Source: Escherichia coli 042 (GTDB lineage: Bacteria > Pseudomonadota > Gammaproteobacteria > Enterobacterales > Enterobacteriaceae). From it: a stretch of DNA of 64,000 nt. Below the pieces are notes generated by a model. That model was not told the origin of the DNA, searched no databases, and worked only from the letters and a program-made list of their open reading frames with translations. A program made the position numbers and the translations under genes. Shown here in pieces: positions 10,136-20,349 of this stretch; the first letter of the stretch is position 1; each line of letters begins with the position of its first letter. Location of the stretch: NCBI RefSeq assembly GCF_000027125.1, contig NC_017626.1; one strand, written 5' to 3'.

Positions 10136-10263
10136 GAAACCTACCAGTCTGGTACATGGATATCGATACCACCGCCAATTATAAGCTGGGCGGTGCACAG
10201 CAACACGATAGCGTACGCCTCGATCCGTGGGTGTTTATGTTCTCAGCAGGATATCGTTTTTAA
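10136..10263 (+). pseudogene. ompW: 3-prime fragment of ompW (last ~42 codons) at the prophage-chromosome junction
   Basis: In-frame translation ..WYMDIDTTANYKLGGAQQHDSVRLDPWVFMFSAGYRF-stop matches the OmpW C-terminus as recalled; an in-frame TGA lies just upstream (about 10133) and sequence 5-prime of it is phage-like and AT-rich; yciE follows as in K-12. Confidence 0.8.
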
Positions 10264-10270
10264 TTCCGCA

Positions 10271-10298
10271 CAAAAACGACCCCGTAATATACGGGGTC
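10271..10298 (-). terminator. Terminator hairpin between ompW remnant and yciE (serves yciGFE transcript)
   Basis: gaccccgta-atat-acggggtc hairpin with T-run on the minus-strand transcript. Confidence 0.55.
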
Positions 10299-10322
10299 AA
10301 TAAGGACATGGTATAAAGGGTA

Positions 10323-10829
10323 TTATTTCTTCGCTTCTACGCCATCAGTTTCAGAGCGAATTAAAAATTTCTCAGTTGTTTGCGGAATATGCTGAATCAG
10401 CCAGTCGGCCATTTCTTTTTCCTCATTTAAAATCGCTTCGATGGTTGGAATTGAAGCTGTATCACCGGCATTTTTTGCTGCTGCTAATAGTGAGGTGTAA
10501 CAGGCGATTTCAAATTGCTCGAAGACATATCCGCTAATAGAGCCTTTGACTATTTCATCAGAAGGGAATATACCACCGATTGACTGCCCAAGCGCAGCCA
10601 TTTTACTCATGGAATCTTTAATGACTGAACGTGAAATGTCATTACGATCAAGAATAGTTTCCAGTTGAACAATCTGGTTTTTGGTTTCACTAAGATGTTG
10701 TTCAATACGAGCGCGTAGTTCAGGATAATTATCTATACGACTAGCCATGGATTCAAGCATAGATTCGGCTTGCTTTTCCATTGCGTGGGCGTCACGTAAC
10801 CAGTCATGATAATGTTCAATACGATTCAT
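10323..10829 (-). CDS. yciE: YciE, ferritin-like stress protein (DUF892)
   Basis: 168 aa ORF; recognised sequence and K-12 synteny. Confidence 0.93.
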   Translation of the reverse strand: MNRIEHYHDWLRDAHAMEKQAESMLESMASRIDNYPELRARIEQHLSETKNQIVQLETILDRNDISRSVIKDSMSKMAALGQSIGGIFPSDEIVKGSISGYVFEQFEIACYTSLLAAAKNAGDTASIPTIEAILNEEKEMADWLIQHIPQTTEKFLIRSETDGVEAKK

Positions 10830-10874
10830 GAAAATGTCCTCTTTATAAAATGACTAAAAGTTAAAGTTCATATT

Positions 10875-11375
10875 TCAGGCTTTATTTTCGGCTTTCTTAT
10901 TTACGTTATTAAGTGCCAGATCAGTCAGTTTGATGTCGGTGGCCTTTTCTTCTTCCAGGGTTTCTTTCAGAAGCTTCGCTGCTTTACGATAACCTAATTG
11001 TTCAGCCAGCGTTGCTAAGGTCCCGTAACTGGCGATCTCATAGTGCTCGACCTTCTGTGCAGCGGCAATCAGTGCGGCATCACGCACTTCGTTTTTCTCG
11101 GTGCTTTCGATGACCTCATTAGCTTCATCAATTAGACCTTCCATTGCCACACATTTCATGCGCTTAATTTTCAGGTTCGATTCGGACTCCACAACTTGAT
11201 CAATACGTTCAATCTGTCCATGAGTTTCCTCGAGGTGCGCATGAAAAGCCTGACTTAATTTTTCGTTTGATGTTGCTCTTGCGAGTTTTGCCAGTGCCCG
11301 GGTTAATTGTTTTTCTGCGCTGTAGGTATCTGAAAGCAGGTGAATAAATACATCTTCAATGGTCTTCATATTCAT
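10875..11375 (-). CDS. yciF: YciF, ferritin-like stress protein (DUF892)
   Basis: ORF track gives 182 aa; K-12-like start MNMKTIEDVF gives 166 aa. Confidence 0.93.
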   Translation of the reverse strand: MNMKTIEDVFIHLLSDTYSAEKQLTRALAKLARATSNEKLSQAFHAHLEETHGQIERIDQVVESESNLKIKRMKCVAMEGLIDEANEVIESTEKNEVRDAALIAAAQKVEHYEIASYGTLATLAEQLGYRKAAKLLKETLEEEKATDIKLTDLALNNVNKKAENKA

Positions 11376-11460
11376 ATTTTTCTCCAGTGAAATCACTGCG
11401 AGCCATACGGCCCGCAGATGCAATTATCTTTATCAGCTGATATTAATAATTAACGGTGAA

Positions 11461-11640
11461 TCAGGATTTGCCTGATTTATTACCACCGCTTTGTTGACCG
11501 CCTTTTTTACCCGCTTCAGATGCGCGTTGCGGATCATTTTTAAAATTACCGCCGCTATGCTGACCGCCTTTACGGCCAGCGTCGGATGCCTTTTCACGGT
11601 CTTCGGCGAAATTTCCTGAACCACCACGATGTTCGGCCAT
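11461..11640 (-). CDS. yciG: YciG, KGG-repeat stress protein
   Basis: 59 aa from MAEHRGGSGNF.. with GGGAGA SD upstream; the ORF track's longer 78 aa frame extends upstream. Confidence 0.85.
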   Translation of the reverse strand: MAEHRGGSGNFAEDREKASDAGRKGGQHSGGNFKNDPQRASEAGKKGGQQSGGNKSGKS

Positions 11641-11984
11641 GTTATTTCTCCCGTTGCGTTGCATTGTTTCATTAATATGAGTGTTGTGTGTCGACACTCA
11701 TTAAAATTAGTCGCTAATGAAAATTAGTCAAATTAAGCGCAACGAGAAGAAAGAGGGAAAATATATTATGAGGAACATTCTGGATATATTAACAATTGCC
11801 TGAGGAATAAGTGACTTAGAGAAAATTATTTATTTTACTGGTGTTATGTTGCGGGATTAATTTGTTTGATTATATTACTGTTGGGCGGAAAAAAGACGTA
11901 AGTTGACGTTCGACAGGGGTAAGCGAAACGGTAAAAAGATAAATAATAAATGAATTTAGGATTTTTCCAGCTTCGTTAAAGAAA

Positions 11985-12016
11985 GTTAAAATGCCGCCAG
12001 CGGAACTGGCGGCTGT
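11985..12016 (-). terminator. trp operon terminator (trp t) downstream of trpA
   Basis: gccgccagcggaactggcggc hairpin immediately 3-prime of trpA on the minus strand. Confidence 0.6.
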
Positions 12017-12020
12017 GGGA

Positions 12021-12827
12021 TTAACTGCGCGTCGCCGCTTTCATCGGTTGTACAAAAGCTTTCAGTGCCGCCAGCATTTTCTCTGGCTCATTAATATGTT
12101 GCTCGATGATTTTAACGATGGCCGAACCAGAAATCGCGCCCGCAGCTCCTGCATCAATCGCTGCTTTTACCTGATCCGGGGCGGAAATACCAAAGCCCTG
12201 CAATGGAGGCGCAGCATTGTATTCTTTCAGCTTCGTGACCAGATGATTGAGGGGTAACGCGGCGCGGTTTTCTGCGCCGGTCACGCCCGCACGTGACAAT
12301 AAATAGGTGTATCCACGACCGTAGGAGGCTATCTGGCGCAGCAAATCATCGTCGGCATTCGGCGGGCAAATAAAGATAGGTGCGACATTATGACGCAACG
12401 CGGCCTGGCGGAAGGGAGCGGACTCTTCCACTGGCACATCGGCAACCAGCACCGAATCGACGCCGACTTTCTCGCACTGGGCATAAAACTCATCAATGCC
12501 TTTGTTAAACACCAGGTTGGCATACATCAAAAGGCCGATGGGAATGGTCGGGTGCTTCTGGCGAATCAGTGCCAGCATCTCAAAGCACTGTGCCGGGGTC
12601 ACACCTGCCGCAAAGGCACGCAGTGTGGCGTTTTGAATCGTCGGGCCATCCGCCAGTGGGTCGGAGAAGGGGATACCTAACTCCAGCGCGTCAGCACCGG
12701 CTTCAATTAGCGTGTCGATAATTTTCAGCGACTGCTCAATGCCCGGATCACCGAGCGTGACGAAAGGAACGAATGCGCCTTCTTTGCGCTCCTTCAACTG
12801 GGCAAACAGAGATTCGTAGCGTTCCAT
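12021..12827 (-). CDS. trpA: Tryptophan synthase alpha chain
   Basis: 268 aa; sequence [29 protein letters not shown] recognised; operon context. Confidence 0.97.
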   Translation of the reverse strand: MERYESLFAQLKERKEGAFVPFVTLGDPGIEQSLKIIDTLIEAGADALELGIPFSDPLADGPTIQNATLRAFAAGVTPAQCFEMLALIRQKHPTIPIGLLMYANLVFNKGIDEFYAQCEKVGVDSVLVADVPVEESAPFRQAALRHNVAPIFICPPNADDDLLRQIASYGRGYTYLLSRAGVTGAENRAALPLNHLVTKLKEYNAAPPLQGFGISAPDQVKAAIDAGAAGAISGSAIVKIIEQHINEPEKMLAALKAFVQPMKAATRS

Positions 12828-14020
12828 CAGATTTCCCCTCGAGCTTTCAAAATATCGTGAACGGTGAAGATGTCTTTATCGCCGCGACCGGAAAGGTTAA
12901 CCACCAGTAGCTGCTCTTTTTCCGGGTTTTCGCGCATCATTTTCAGCGCATGGGCCAGGGCGTGGGAGGACTCCAGCGCCGGGATAATCCCTTCGTGCAG
13001 GCAGAGTGTTTTGAAGGCTTCCAGTGCTTCATCATCGGTAATTGACACATAATCAGCGCGCCCAGTGCTGTTGAGATACGCGTGTTGTGGGCCGACAGAC
13101 GGGAAATCCAGTCCGGCAGAAATGGAGTAAGATTCTTCAATCTGCCCGTCTTCGGTTTGCATCATCGGCGCTTTCATACCGAAATAGATGCCCACGCGAC
13201 CATGTTTTAACGGTGCGCCGTGCTCGCCGGTTTCGATACCGTGACCGCCAGGCTCCACACCAATCAGGCCGACGTCGGTTTCGTTGATGAAATCAGCAAA
13301 CATGCCGATGGCATTTGAACCGCCGCCAACACAAGCGATAACCGCATCCGGCAGGCGACCTTCTCTTTCCAGAATCTGTGCTTTGGTTTCTTCGCCAATC
13401 ATCCGCTGGAACTCACGGACAATGGTCGGATAAGGATGTGGGCCAGCTGCGGTGCCCAGCATATAGTGCGCGGTTTCATAACTGCCGGACCAGTCGCGCA
13501 GCGCCTCATTACAGGCATCTTTCAGCGTCGCGGAACCGCTATGCACCGGGATCACTTCCGCGCCCATTAAATGCATACGAAAAACGTTAGGCGACTGGCG
13601 TTCAACGTCTTTGGCACCCATATAAATACGGCATTTCAGGCCGAGCAGGGCGCTGGCAAGGGCCGACGCCACGCCATGCTGACCGGCACCGGTTTCGGCG
13701 ATGATTTCGGTTTTACCCATCCGCTTCGCCAGTAAAGCCTGACCGAGCACCTGGTTAGTTTTATGCGCGCCGCCGTGCAGCAAATCTTCGCGCTTGAGAT
13801 ACAGCGTGGTGTTAGTGCCAGCCGTGATGTTCTGGCATTTGGTGAGTGCGGTTGGACGCCCGGCATAGTTTTTCAGCAGGTCGTTGAACTGGGCCTGAAA
13901 TTCAGGATCTTTTTGCGCGCTGACAAAAGCTTCTTCCAGCTGGCGCAGAGCAGGCATCAGGATTTGTGGCACGTACATGCCGCCAAACTCACCAAAATAG
14001 GGGTTAAGTAATGTTGTCAT
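12827..14020 (-). CDS. trpB: Tryptophan synthase beta chain
   Basis: 397 aa; [25 protein letters not shown] recognised; stop overlaps trpA start. Confidence 0.97.
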   Translation of the reverse strand: MTTLLNPYFGEFGGMYVPQILMPALRQLEEAFVSAQKDPEFQAQFNDLLKNYAGRPTALTKCQNITAGTNTTLYLKREDLLHGGAHKTNQVLGQALLAKRMGKTEIIAETGAGQHGVASALASALLGLKCRIYMGAKDVERQSPNVFRMHLMGAEVIPVHSGSATLKDACNEALRDWSGSYETAHYMLGTAAGPHPYPTIVREFQRMIGEETKAQILEREGRLPDAVIACVGGGSNAIGMFADFINETDVGLIGVEPGGHGIETGEHGAPLKHGRVGIYFGMKAPMMQTEDGQIEESYSISAGLDFPSVGPQHAYLNSTGRADYVSITDDEALEAFKTLCLHEGIIPALESSHALAHALKMMRENPEKEQLLVVNLSGRGDKDIFTVHDILKARGEI

Positions 14021-14031
14021 TGTTCCTTTCC

Positions 14032-15393
14032 TTAATATGCGCGCAGCGTCTGGAAAACCGAGGCCAAAAGACGTGCGTCTTTGATGCCCGGTTGCGACTC
14101 TACAGCAGAATTAAAATCAAGTCCGGCGCAGCCGGTTTGTGCCGCTTCCACGCAGTTATCTGCGCCTAAGCCCCCCGCCAGCAGAACGTTGCCAAGCGAT
14201 TGACCGTTTAACAGTGACCAGTCGAAACGTTGCCCGCTTCCACCCTGGCCGTTGTCTAAAACATATTTATCAACGTGCTGAAGCTCGCGGGCGGGCAGGG
14301 TTTCACCGACGCTTAATGCTTTCCAGATGGCAATGTTTGCGGGCAGCGCGCCACGCAATGTGTCGATATATTGTTGATCTTCATTACCATGCAGTTGCAC
14401 TGCCGCAAGTGATAACACCTTAGCTTTGTCCACCACATCGGCAATATCGTGATTGCGGAACACGCCAACATACTGCAACGGTGCCGCAGCCATCACTTCC
14501 TGCGCCTGTTCAACGTTGACGCAACGCGGTGATGTCGCAACAAAAATCAACCCACCGTAAATCGCGCCCGCGTCATAAGCTGCTTTAGCATCTTGCCCAC
14601 GCGTCAGGCCACATACTTTATTCTCACCCAGCAACACCCGGCGCACGGCGGCGTTCAAATCGTCATGGGCCATCAACGCCGAACCAATCAGAAAACCGTT
14701 AGCGAAGTGGCTTAACTCGCGCACCTGAGCGTAAGTATTGATGCCGGATTCGCTGATTACCGTCACGTTGTGCCCCAGTTTCGGCGCAAGCTCGCGGGTA
14801 CGGTTGAGATCAATCGACAAATCACGCAGATCGCGGTTGTTGATGCCAACGACCTTTGCCCCCAATGCAATGGCACGCTCCAGTTCCTCTTCATTACTGA
14901 CTTCGGTCAGCACACCCATCTCCAGACTGTGGGCGACGGCAGCAAGCTGGCGATATTGTTCGTCATCCAGTACTGAAAGCATTAATAAGCAGGCATCGGC
15001 CTGGTAATAGCGCGCCAGATAGATCTGGTAAGGATCGATAATGAAGTCTTTACATAAAATCGGCTGCGGGGCGATTTGGCTGACGATGGGGAGGAAATCA
15101 AAGCTCCCCTGAAAATATTTCTCATCAGTCAGCACCGAAATTGCCGAAGCGTAATGTTTATAAATGGCGGCAATGCGTGCCGGATCGAAATCATCACGGA
15201 TCACGCCTTTTGACGGCGACGCTTTTTTGCACTCCAGAATAAACGACGTGCGTGCACCCTGAAGTGCATCATAAAAATGTCGCGTGCTCGGCTGAACCTC
15301 ATTCTGAAAACTGGCCAGCGGTTGCTGCTCTTTGCGGGTTTCTACCCAAATCGCCTTGTCTGCGACGATTTTCGCTAAAACGGTTTGCATCAT
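14032..15393 (-). CDS. trpC: Bifunctional indole-3-glycerol phosphate synthase / phosphoribosylanthranilate isomerase
   Basis: 453 aa; operon position and recognised sequence. Confidence 0.96.
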   Translation of the reverse strand: MMQTVLAKIVADKAIWVETRKEQQPLASFQNEVQPSTRHFYDALQGARTSFILECKKASPSKGVIRDDFDPARIAAIYKHYASAISVLTDEKYFQGSFDFLPIVSQIAPQPILCKDFIIDPYQIYLARYYQADACLLMLSVLDDEQYRQLAAVAHSLEMGVLTEVSNEEELERAIALGAKVVGINNRDLRDLSIDLNRTRELAPKLGHNVTVISESGINTYAQVRELSHFANGFLIGSALMAHDDLNAAVRRVLLGENKVCGLTRGQDAKAAYDAGAIYGGLIFVATSPRCVNVEQAQEVMAAAPLQYVGVFRNHDIADVVDKAKVLSLAAVQLHGNEDQQYIDTLRGALPANIAIWKALSVGETLPARELQHVDKYVLDNGQGGSGQRFDWSLLNGQSLGNVLLAGGLGADNCVEAAQTGCAGLDFNSAVESQPGIKDARLLASVFQTLRAY

Positions 15394-16989
15394 TTACCCT
15401 CGTGCCGCCAGTGCGGTGACTCTGTCGTAAGCGGAACCACTGCGCAGTACCTCAAGAACGGTTTGCGCATTGGCTTGCAGATCTTCATGGCCATGCAGGC
15501 GCATTAACATGGCGACATTCGCCGCGACGGCTGCTTCATGGGCGGCGTCGCCTTTACCTTGTAACAAGCGTGTTAAAATGTCACGGTTTTCTTCCGGTGT
15601 TCCGCCTGCCAGTTGCTCCTGGTGGTAGGGTGTCAGGCCAAAATCTTCTGCAGTTAGCTGATAGCTCTTAATTTCACCGTCATGCAGTTCGGCAACGATT
15701 GTCGGCGCGTGTAATGAAACTTCATCCATCCCGCCGCTGTGCACTACCGCAGCGCGTTGATACCCCAGCACGCGCAAGGTTTCGGCAATCGGCAGCACCA
15801 GTTCCGGACTATAAACACCAATTAGCGCCAGCGGCGGATGCGCCGGGTTAATCAATGGCCCCAGCACATTGAACAGGGTGCGGGTTTTCAGTTGCTGGCG
15901 AACCGGCATCGCGTGGCGGAATCCGGTGTGATATTTCGGCGCAAAGAGGAAACAGACGCCTAACTCATCCAGCGCCTGGCGCGATTTATCGGCGTTCATA
16001 TCAAGATTAATACCGAACGCCGCCAGCAGATCCGACGAGCCGGATTTACTGGAGACGCTACGGTTGCCGTGTTTCGCCACTTTCAGCCCACAGGCCGCGG
16101 CGACAAAAGCACTGGCGGTAGAAATATTGATACTGTTGCTGCCGTCACCACCGGTACCGACGATATCGGCAAACAGATAATCCGGGCGCGGGAACGGCGC
16201 GGCGTTTTCCAGTAGCGCGGTTGCTGCTCCGGCGATTTCGTTTGGGTGCTCGCCGCGAATTTTCATGCTTACCAGAGCCGCCGCGAGCTGTTCTGGCTTC
16301 AGCTCGCCATGCACCACTGCTGAAAACAGCTGGTGGCTTTCTTGCTGGCTAAGCGTCTGCGCCTGATACAGTTTTTCCAGAATCGGTTGCAGCGTGTTAG
16401 TCGGTTCCAGTTTCTGCTGCGCCCAGGCCAATGTTTGTTCCAGCAGGCGAGCGCCCTGGGTAGTAAGAATGGATTCCGGATGGAACTGGAATCCACAAAC
16501 GCGATCTGCATCGTGACGCACTGCCATCACCATGCCATTAAAATGGGCGTTGATGGTTAAACCGGCCGGAATGTTACTGCCAACCAGCGAGTGATAACGC
16601 GCCACTGGCAGCGGGTTTGTTAATCCGGCAAACATCGCCTGACCGTCGTGTTCAATGCTGGAGGCTTTACCGTGAAGAATTTCGCCCGCCTGACCGACAT
16701 ACCCCCCATAAGCTTCGACAATCGCCTGATGACCGAGGCAAATGCCAATAATAGCCAGCTTGCCGCGCAGGCGGGTGAGGAGTTCCGGCATACAACCGGC
16801 TTCGCTTGGCACTCCGGGGCCAGGAGAAAGCATCAGCACCGGATTGCTCATCGTCGCCAGGCGTTCAATTAAAGTCTGCGCCGGAATATGGTTGCGGTAA
16901 ATCACCACGTTATGACCATTGCTGCGCAACTGATCTGCCAGGTTGTAAGTAAAAGAGTCGATATTATCGAGCAGCAGAATGTCAGCCAT
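15394..16989 (-). CDS. trpD: Anthranilate synthase component II / anthranilate phosphoribosyltransferase
   Basis: 531 aa; glutamine amidotransferase N-domain plus PRTase domain. Confidence 0.96.
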   Translation of the reverse strand: MADILLLDNIDSFTYNLADQLRSNGHNVVIYRNHIPAQTLIERLATMSNPVLMLSPGPGVPSEAGCMPELLTRLRGKLAIIGICLGHQAIVEAYGGYVGQAGEILHGKASSIEHDGQAMFAGLTNPLPVARYHSLVGSNIPAGLTINAHFNGMVMAVRHDADRVCGFQFHPESILTTQGARLLEQTLAWAQQKLEPTNTLQPILEKLYQAQTLSQQESHQLFSAVVHGELKPEQLAAALVSMKIRGEHPNEIAGAATALLENAAPFPRPDYLFADIVGTGGDGSNSINISTASAFVAAACGLKVAKHGNRSVSSKSGSSDLLAAFGINLDMNADKSRQALDELGVCFLFAPKYHTGFRHAMPVRQQLKTRTLFNVLGPLINPAHPPLALIGVYSPELVLPIAETLRVLGYQRAAVVHSGGMDEVSLHAPTIVAELHDGEIKSYQLTAEDFGLTPYHQEQLAGGTPEENRDILTRLLQGKGDAAHEAAVAANVAMLMRLHGHEDLQANAQTVLEVLRSGSAYDRVTALAARG

Positions 16990-18551
16990 CAGAAAGTCTC
17001 CTGTGCATGATGCGCGGTGGCAATAGCGCGCAGTACAGCGCGGGCTTTATTACGGGTTTCGTCGGCTTCCGACTGCGGAACAGAATCAAGTACCACGCCA
17101 GCACCGGCTTGCACGGTGGCGATACCGTTTTCCACCAGCGCCGAGCGGATCACAATGCAGGTGTCGAGATCGCCATGCGCGGTGAAATAACCTACCGCGC
17201 CGCCGTAGCTGCCGCGGCGACGACCTTCCGCCTCGGCAATTAACTGCATGGCGCGCACTTTCGGCGCACCGCTTAACGTGCCCATATTCATACAGGCGCG
17301 GTAAGCGTGCAGGGCGTCGAGATCGTGGCGCAGCTCACCGACCACGCGGGAGACCAGGTGCATCACATAAGAATAACGGTCAACTTTGGTGAGATCGGCG
17401 ACGTAGCGACTACCGGGAGTGCAAATACGCGCCAGGTCATTACGGGCGAGATCCACCAGCATCAGATGTTCAGAAAGCTCTTTATGATCGGTACGCATTT
17501 CCAGTTCGATGCGGCTGTCGAGGTCTCTGTCCAGCGAACCATCGGCACGACGACCGCGTGGACGTGTTCCGGCAATCGGGTAGATCTCAATCTGGCGGCT
17601 GGTGGCGTCATACTTGAGCGAGCTCTCCGGCGACGCGCCAAACAGGGTGAAATCATTATCCTGCATAAAAAACATATACGGGCTGGGATTACTCTTTTTC
17701 AGCACGTAATAGGCCGCCAGCGGTGACGGGCAGGGCAGAGAGAAACGGCGAGATGGCACCACCTGGAAAATTTCTCCGGCGCGAATCGCTTTTTGCAACA
17801 AACGCACTACGCCACCGAACTCTTCATCGCTCTGGTTACATTCACAATGCATATGCGGCACGGAAACCACCGGCAGCGGTGGCGCGGTTTCGGTCAGCTG
17901 CTGGCGAAGATCGTTCAGGCGAGCAGTGAGACGTTGTTTTTCTTCTTCATTCGGAGCAAAAAGACTGGCCTGAATGCGGGTGCTTTTTTTCTGATGGTCA
18001 ATCACCATCAGCGTTTCAGCGAGATAAAAACAGAAATCAGGACAGTTATTTTCCGCTGCCAGTTGTGGTAAATCTTCAAATCCCGCCACAAGGTCATAAG
18101 AGAACAGGCCGCCGAAGAACATGGCTTCTCGTTCTTCCTTCGGTACATTCAACAGATTCTGCAATAAGCGGAAAGCGTCAAAAACCGAAAGGGAGCATAA
18201 GCGGGCGTCTTCATCCAGCAGTGGACTGACAGGGGGGAAGCGCAGCACACGGCAGTTTGGTGATTGTTCACTTTCCACACCCGCAGGCAGGGCGTTATCC
18301 AGTAGTGCCAGCAGGGCTTCGCCATTGCCGGAAAGTGCCTGAATTGTGACAGTGTCACCTAATGCTGTAATGCGCAGCGCACTGTCTATCAGCAGCAGAC
18401 TTTTTAAATCATCTTTGCTGTCGATATCTGCGGATTCCAGCAGCAGCGTTGCTGGACGATGCCCACACAACTGGTGAAAAAGCGCAGTCGGGTTGTCGCG
18501 ATAAGCGCCTTCGCAGGTTAGCAGTTCGAGAGTCGGTTTTTGTGTTTGCAT
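16989..18551 (-). CDS. trpE: Anthranilate synthase component I
   Basis: 520 aa; [30 protein letters not shown] recognised. Confidence 0.97.
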   Translation of the reverse strand: MQTQKPTLELLTCEGAYRDNPTALFHQLCGHRPATLLLESADIDSKDDLKSLLLIDSALRITALGDTVTIQALSGNGEALLALLDNALPAGVESEQSPNCRVLRFPPVSPLLDEDARLCSLSVFDAFRLLQNLLNVPKEEREAMFFGGLFSYDLVAGFEDLPQLAAENNCPDFCFYLAETLMVIDHQKKSTRIQASLFAPNEEEKQRLTARLNDLRQQLTETAPPLPVVSVPHMHCECNQSDEEFGGVVRLLQKAIRAGEIFQVVPSRRFSLPCPSPLAAYYVLKKSNPSPYMFFMQDNDFTLFGASPESSLKYDATSRQIEIYPIAGTRPRGRRADGSLDRDLDSRIELEMRTDHKELSEHLMLVDLARNDLARICTPGSRYVADLTKVDRYSYVMHLVSRVVGELRHDLDALHAYRACMNMGTLSGAPKVRAMQLIAEAEGRRRGSYGGAVGYFTAHGDLDTCIVIRSALVENGIATVQAGAGVVLDSVPQSEADETRNKARAVLRAIATAHHAQETF

Positions 18552-18572
18552 TGTTATTCTCTAATTTTGTTC

Positions 18573-18600
18573 AAAAAAAGCCCGCTCATTAGGCGGGCTG
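18573..18600 (-). terminator. trp attenuator (leader terminator, 3:4 hairpin)
   Basis: Minus-strand cagcccgcctaatgagcgggc followed by a T-run, between trpL and trpE. Confidence 0.9.
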
Positions 18601-18641
18601 GGTATCTGATTGCTTTACGCATGGTGAATACACTGCCCGTT

Positions 18642-18686
18642 TCAGGAAGTGCGCCACCAACCTTTCAGTACGAAAATTGCTTTCAT
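18642..18686 (-). CDS. trpL: trp leader peptide [14 protein letters not shown] with tandem Trp codons
   Basis: Translated codon by codon from the minus strand; 14 aa plus TGA stop. Confidence 0.95.
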
Positions 18687-18713
18687 TGTCGATACCCTTT
18701 TTACGTGAACTTG

Positions 18714-18748
18714 CGTACTAGTTAACTAGTTCGATGATTAATTGTCAA
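18714..18748 (-). promoter_or_regulatory. trp promoter with TrpR operator
   Basis: Exact operator palindrome cgaactagttaactagtacg on the minus strand at 18714-18733; -35 TTGACA at 18743-18748. Confidence 0.9.
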
Positions 18749-18823
18749 CAGCTCATTTCAGAATATTTGCCAGAACCGTTATGATGTCGGCGCAAAAAAC
18801 ATTATCCAGAACGGGAGTGCGCC

Positions 18824-19705
18824 TTGAGCGACACGAATTACGCAGTGATTTACGACCTGCACAGCCATACCACAGCTTCCGATGGCTGCCTGACGCCAGA
18901 AGCATTGGTGCACCGTGCAGTCGAGATGCGCGTCGGCACCCTGGCGATCACCGACCATGACACCACAGCTGCAATCGCGCCAGCAAGAGAGGAAATTTCA
19001 CGTTCGGGACTGGCGCTGAATCTTATACCCGGCGTGGAAATTTCCACGGTCTGGGAAAATCATGAAATTCATATTGTCGGGCTGAATATTGATATTACTC
19101 ATCCGCTAATGTGTGAGTTCCTCGCGCAGCAGACAGAACGGCGCAATCAGCGGGCGCAGCTGATTGCCGAAAGACTTGAAAAAGCGCAGATACCAGGTGC
19201 GCTGGAAGGCGCGCAACGACTGGCGCAGGGCGGTGCGGTGACGCGCGGTCATTTTGCTCGTTTCCTTGTGGAGTGCGGCAAAGCCAGTTCAATGGCGGAT
19301 GTCTTTAAAAAATATCTGGCGCGCGGGAAAACCGGATACGTTCCGCCACAGTGGTGTACAATAGAACAAGCTATTGATGTCATTCATCATTCTGGCGGTA
19401 AGGCGGTGCTAGCTCATCCTGGGCGGTACAATCTTAGTGCTAAATGGCTGAAAAGATTGGTTGCGCATTTTGCTGAACACCACGGCGACGCGATGGAAGT
19501 CGCGCAGTGCCAGCAATCGCCCAATGAACGCACCCAGCTGGCGACACTTGCGCGTCAGCATCATTTATGGGCATCACAAGGATCTGATTTTCATCAGCCG
19601 TGCCCGTGGATTGAACTGGGTCGTAAACTCTGGCTGCCTGCAGGCGTTGAAGGCGTCTGGCAGCTATGGGAACAGCCGCAGAACACCACAGAGAGGGAAT
19701 TATGA
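18824..19705 (+). CDS. trpH: PHP-domain 5-prime to 3-prime exoribonuclease (TrpH/YciV, RNase AM)
   Basis: 293 aa; PHP motif DLHSHT; K-12 synteny. Confidence 0.93.
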   Translation: MSDTNYAVIYDLHSHTTASDGCLTPEALVHRAVEMRVGTLAITDHDTTAAIAPAREEISRSGLALNLIPGVEISTVWENHEIHIVGLNIDITHPLMCEFLAQQTERRNQRAQLIAERLEKAQIPGALEGAQRLAQGGAVTRGHFARFLVECGKASSMADVFKKYLARGKTGYVPPQWCTIEQAIDVIHHSGGKAVLAHPGRYNLSAKWLKRLVAHFAEHHGDAMEVAQCQQSPNERTQLATLARQHHLWASQGSDFHQPCPWIELGRKLWLPAGVEGVWQLWEQPQNTTEREL

Positions 19706-20322
19706 GCCAGTTTTTTTATATTCATCCTGATAACCCGCAGCAACGACTGATCAACCAGGCGGTGGAGATCGTGCGTAAAGGCGGGGTGATTGTTTATCCA
19801 ACTGATTCCGGCTATGCGCTCGGCTGTAAAATTGAAGATAAAAACGCCATGGAGCGTATTTGTCGAATTCGCCAGCTGCCGGACGGTCACAACTTTACCC
19901 TGATGTGTCGCGATCTTTCTGAGCTCTCGACCTATTCATTCGTGGATAACGTTGCGTTTCGTTTGATGAAAAACAACACGCCGGGCAACTATACCTTCAT
20001 CCTGAAGGGGACGAAGGAAGTGCCACGCCGTCTGTTGCAGGAAAAACGCAAAACAATCGGTATGCGTGTGCCTTCTAACCCGATTGCGCAGGCGTTGCTT
20101 GAAGCATTGGGCGAACCGATGCTTTCCACTTCGCTAATGCTGCCAGGCAGCGAATTTACCGAATCCGACCCGGAAGAAATTAAAGACCGTCTGGAAAAAC
20201 AGGTGGATTTGATTATTCACGGCGGCTATCTCGGGCAGAAACCAACAACGGTTATCGATCTTACTGATGATACGCCGGTCGTATTGCGTGAAGGCGTAGG
20301 TGATGTGAAGCCTTTCTTATAA
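19702..20322 (+). CDS. yciO: YciO, Sua5/YrdC/YciO-family protein
   Basis: 206 aa from MSQFFYIHPDNPQQ; ATGA overlap with trpH stop. Confidence 0.92.
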   Translation: MSQFFYIHPDNPQQRLINQAVEIVRKGGVIVYPTDSGYALGCKIEDKNAMERICRIRQLPDGHNFTLMCRDLSELSTYSFVDNVAFRLMKNNTPGNYTFILKGTKEVPRRLLQEKRKTIGMRVPSNPIAQALLEALGEPMLSTSLMLPGSEFTESDPEEIKDRLEKQVDLIIHGGYLGQKPTTVIDLTDDTPVVLREGVGDVKPFL

Positions 20323-20349
20323 CAAATTGCGTGCCACGGATGGAAGACT

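Noticed and set aside
17307-17726. 139-aa plus-strand ORF inside trpE
   Set aside because: Antisense to trpE; typical spurious frame.
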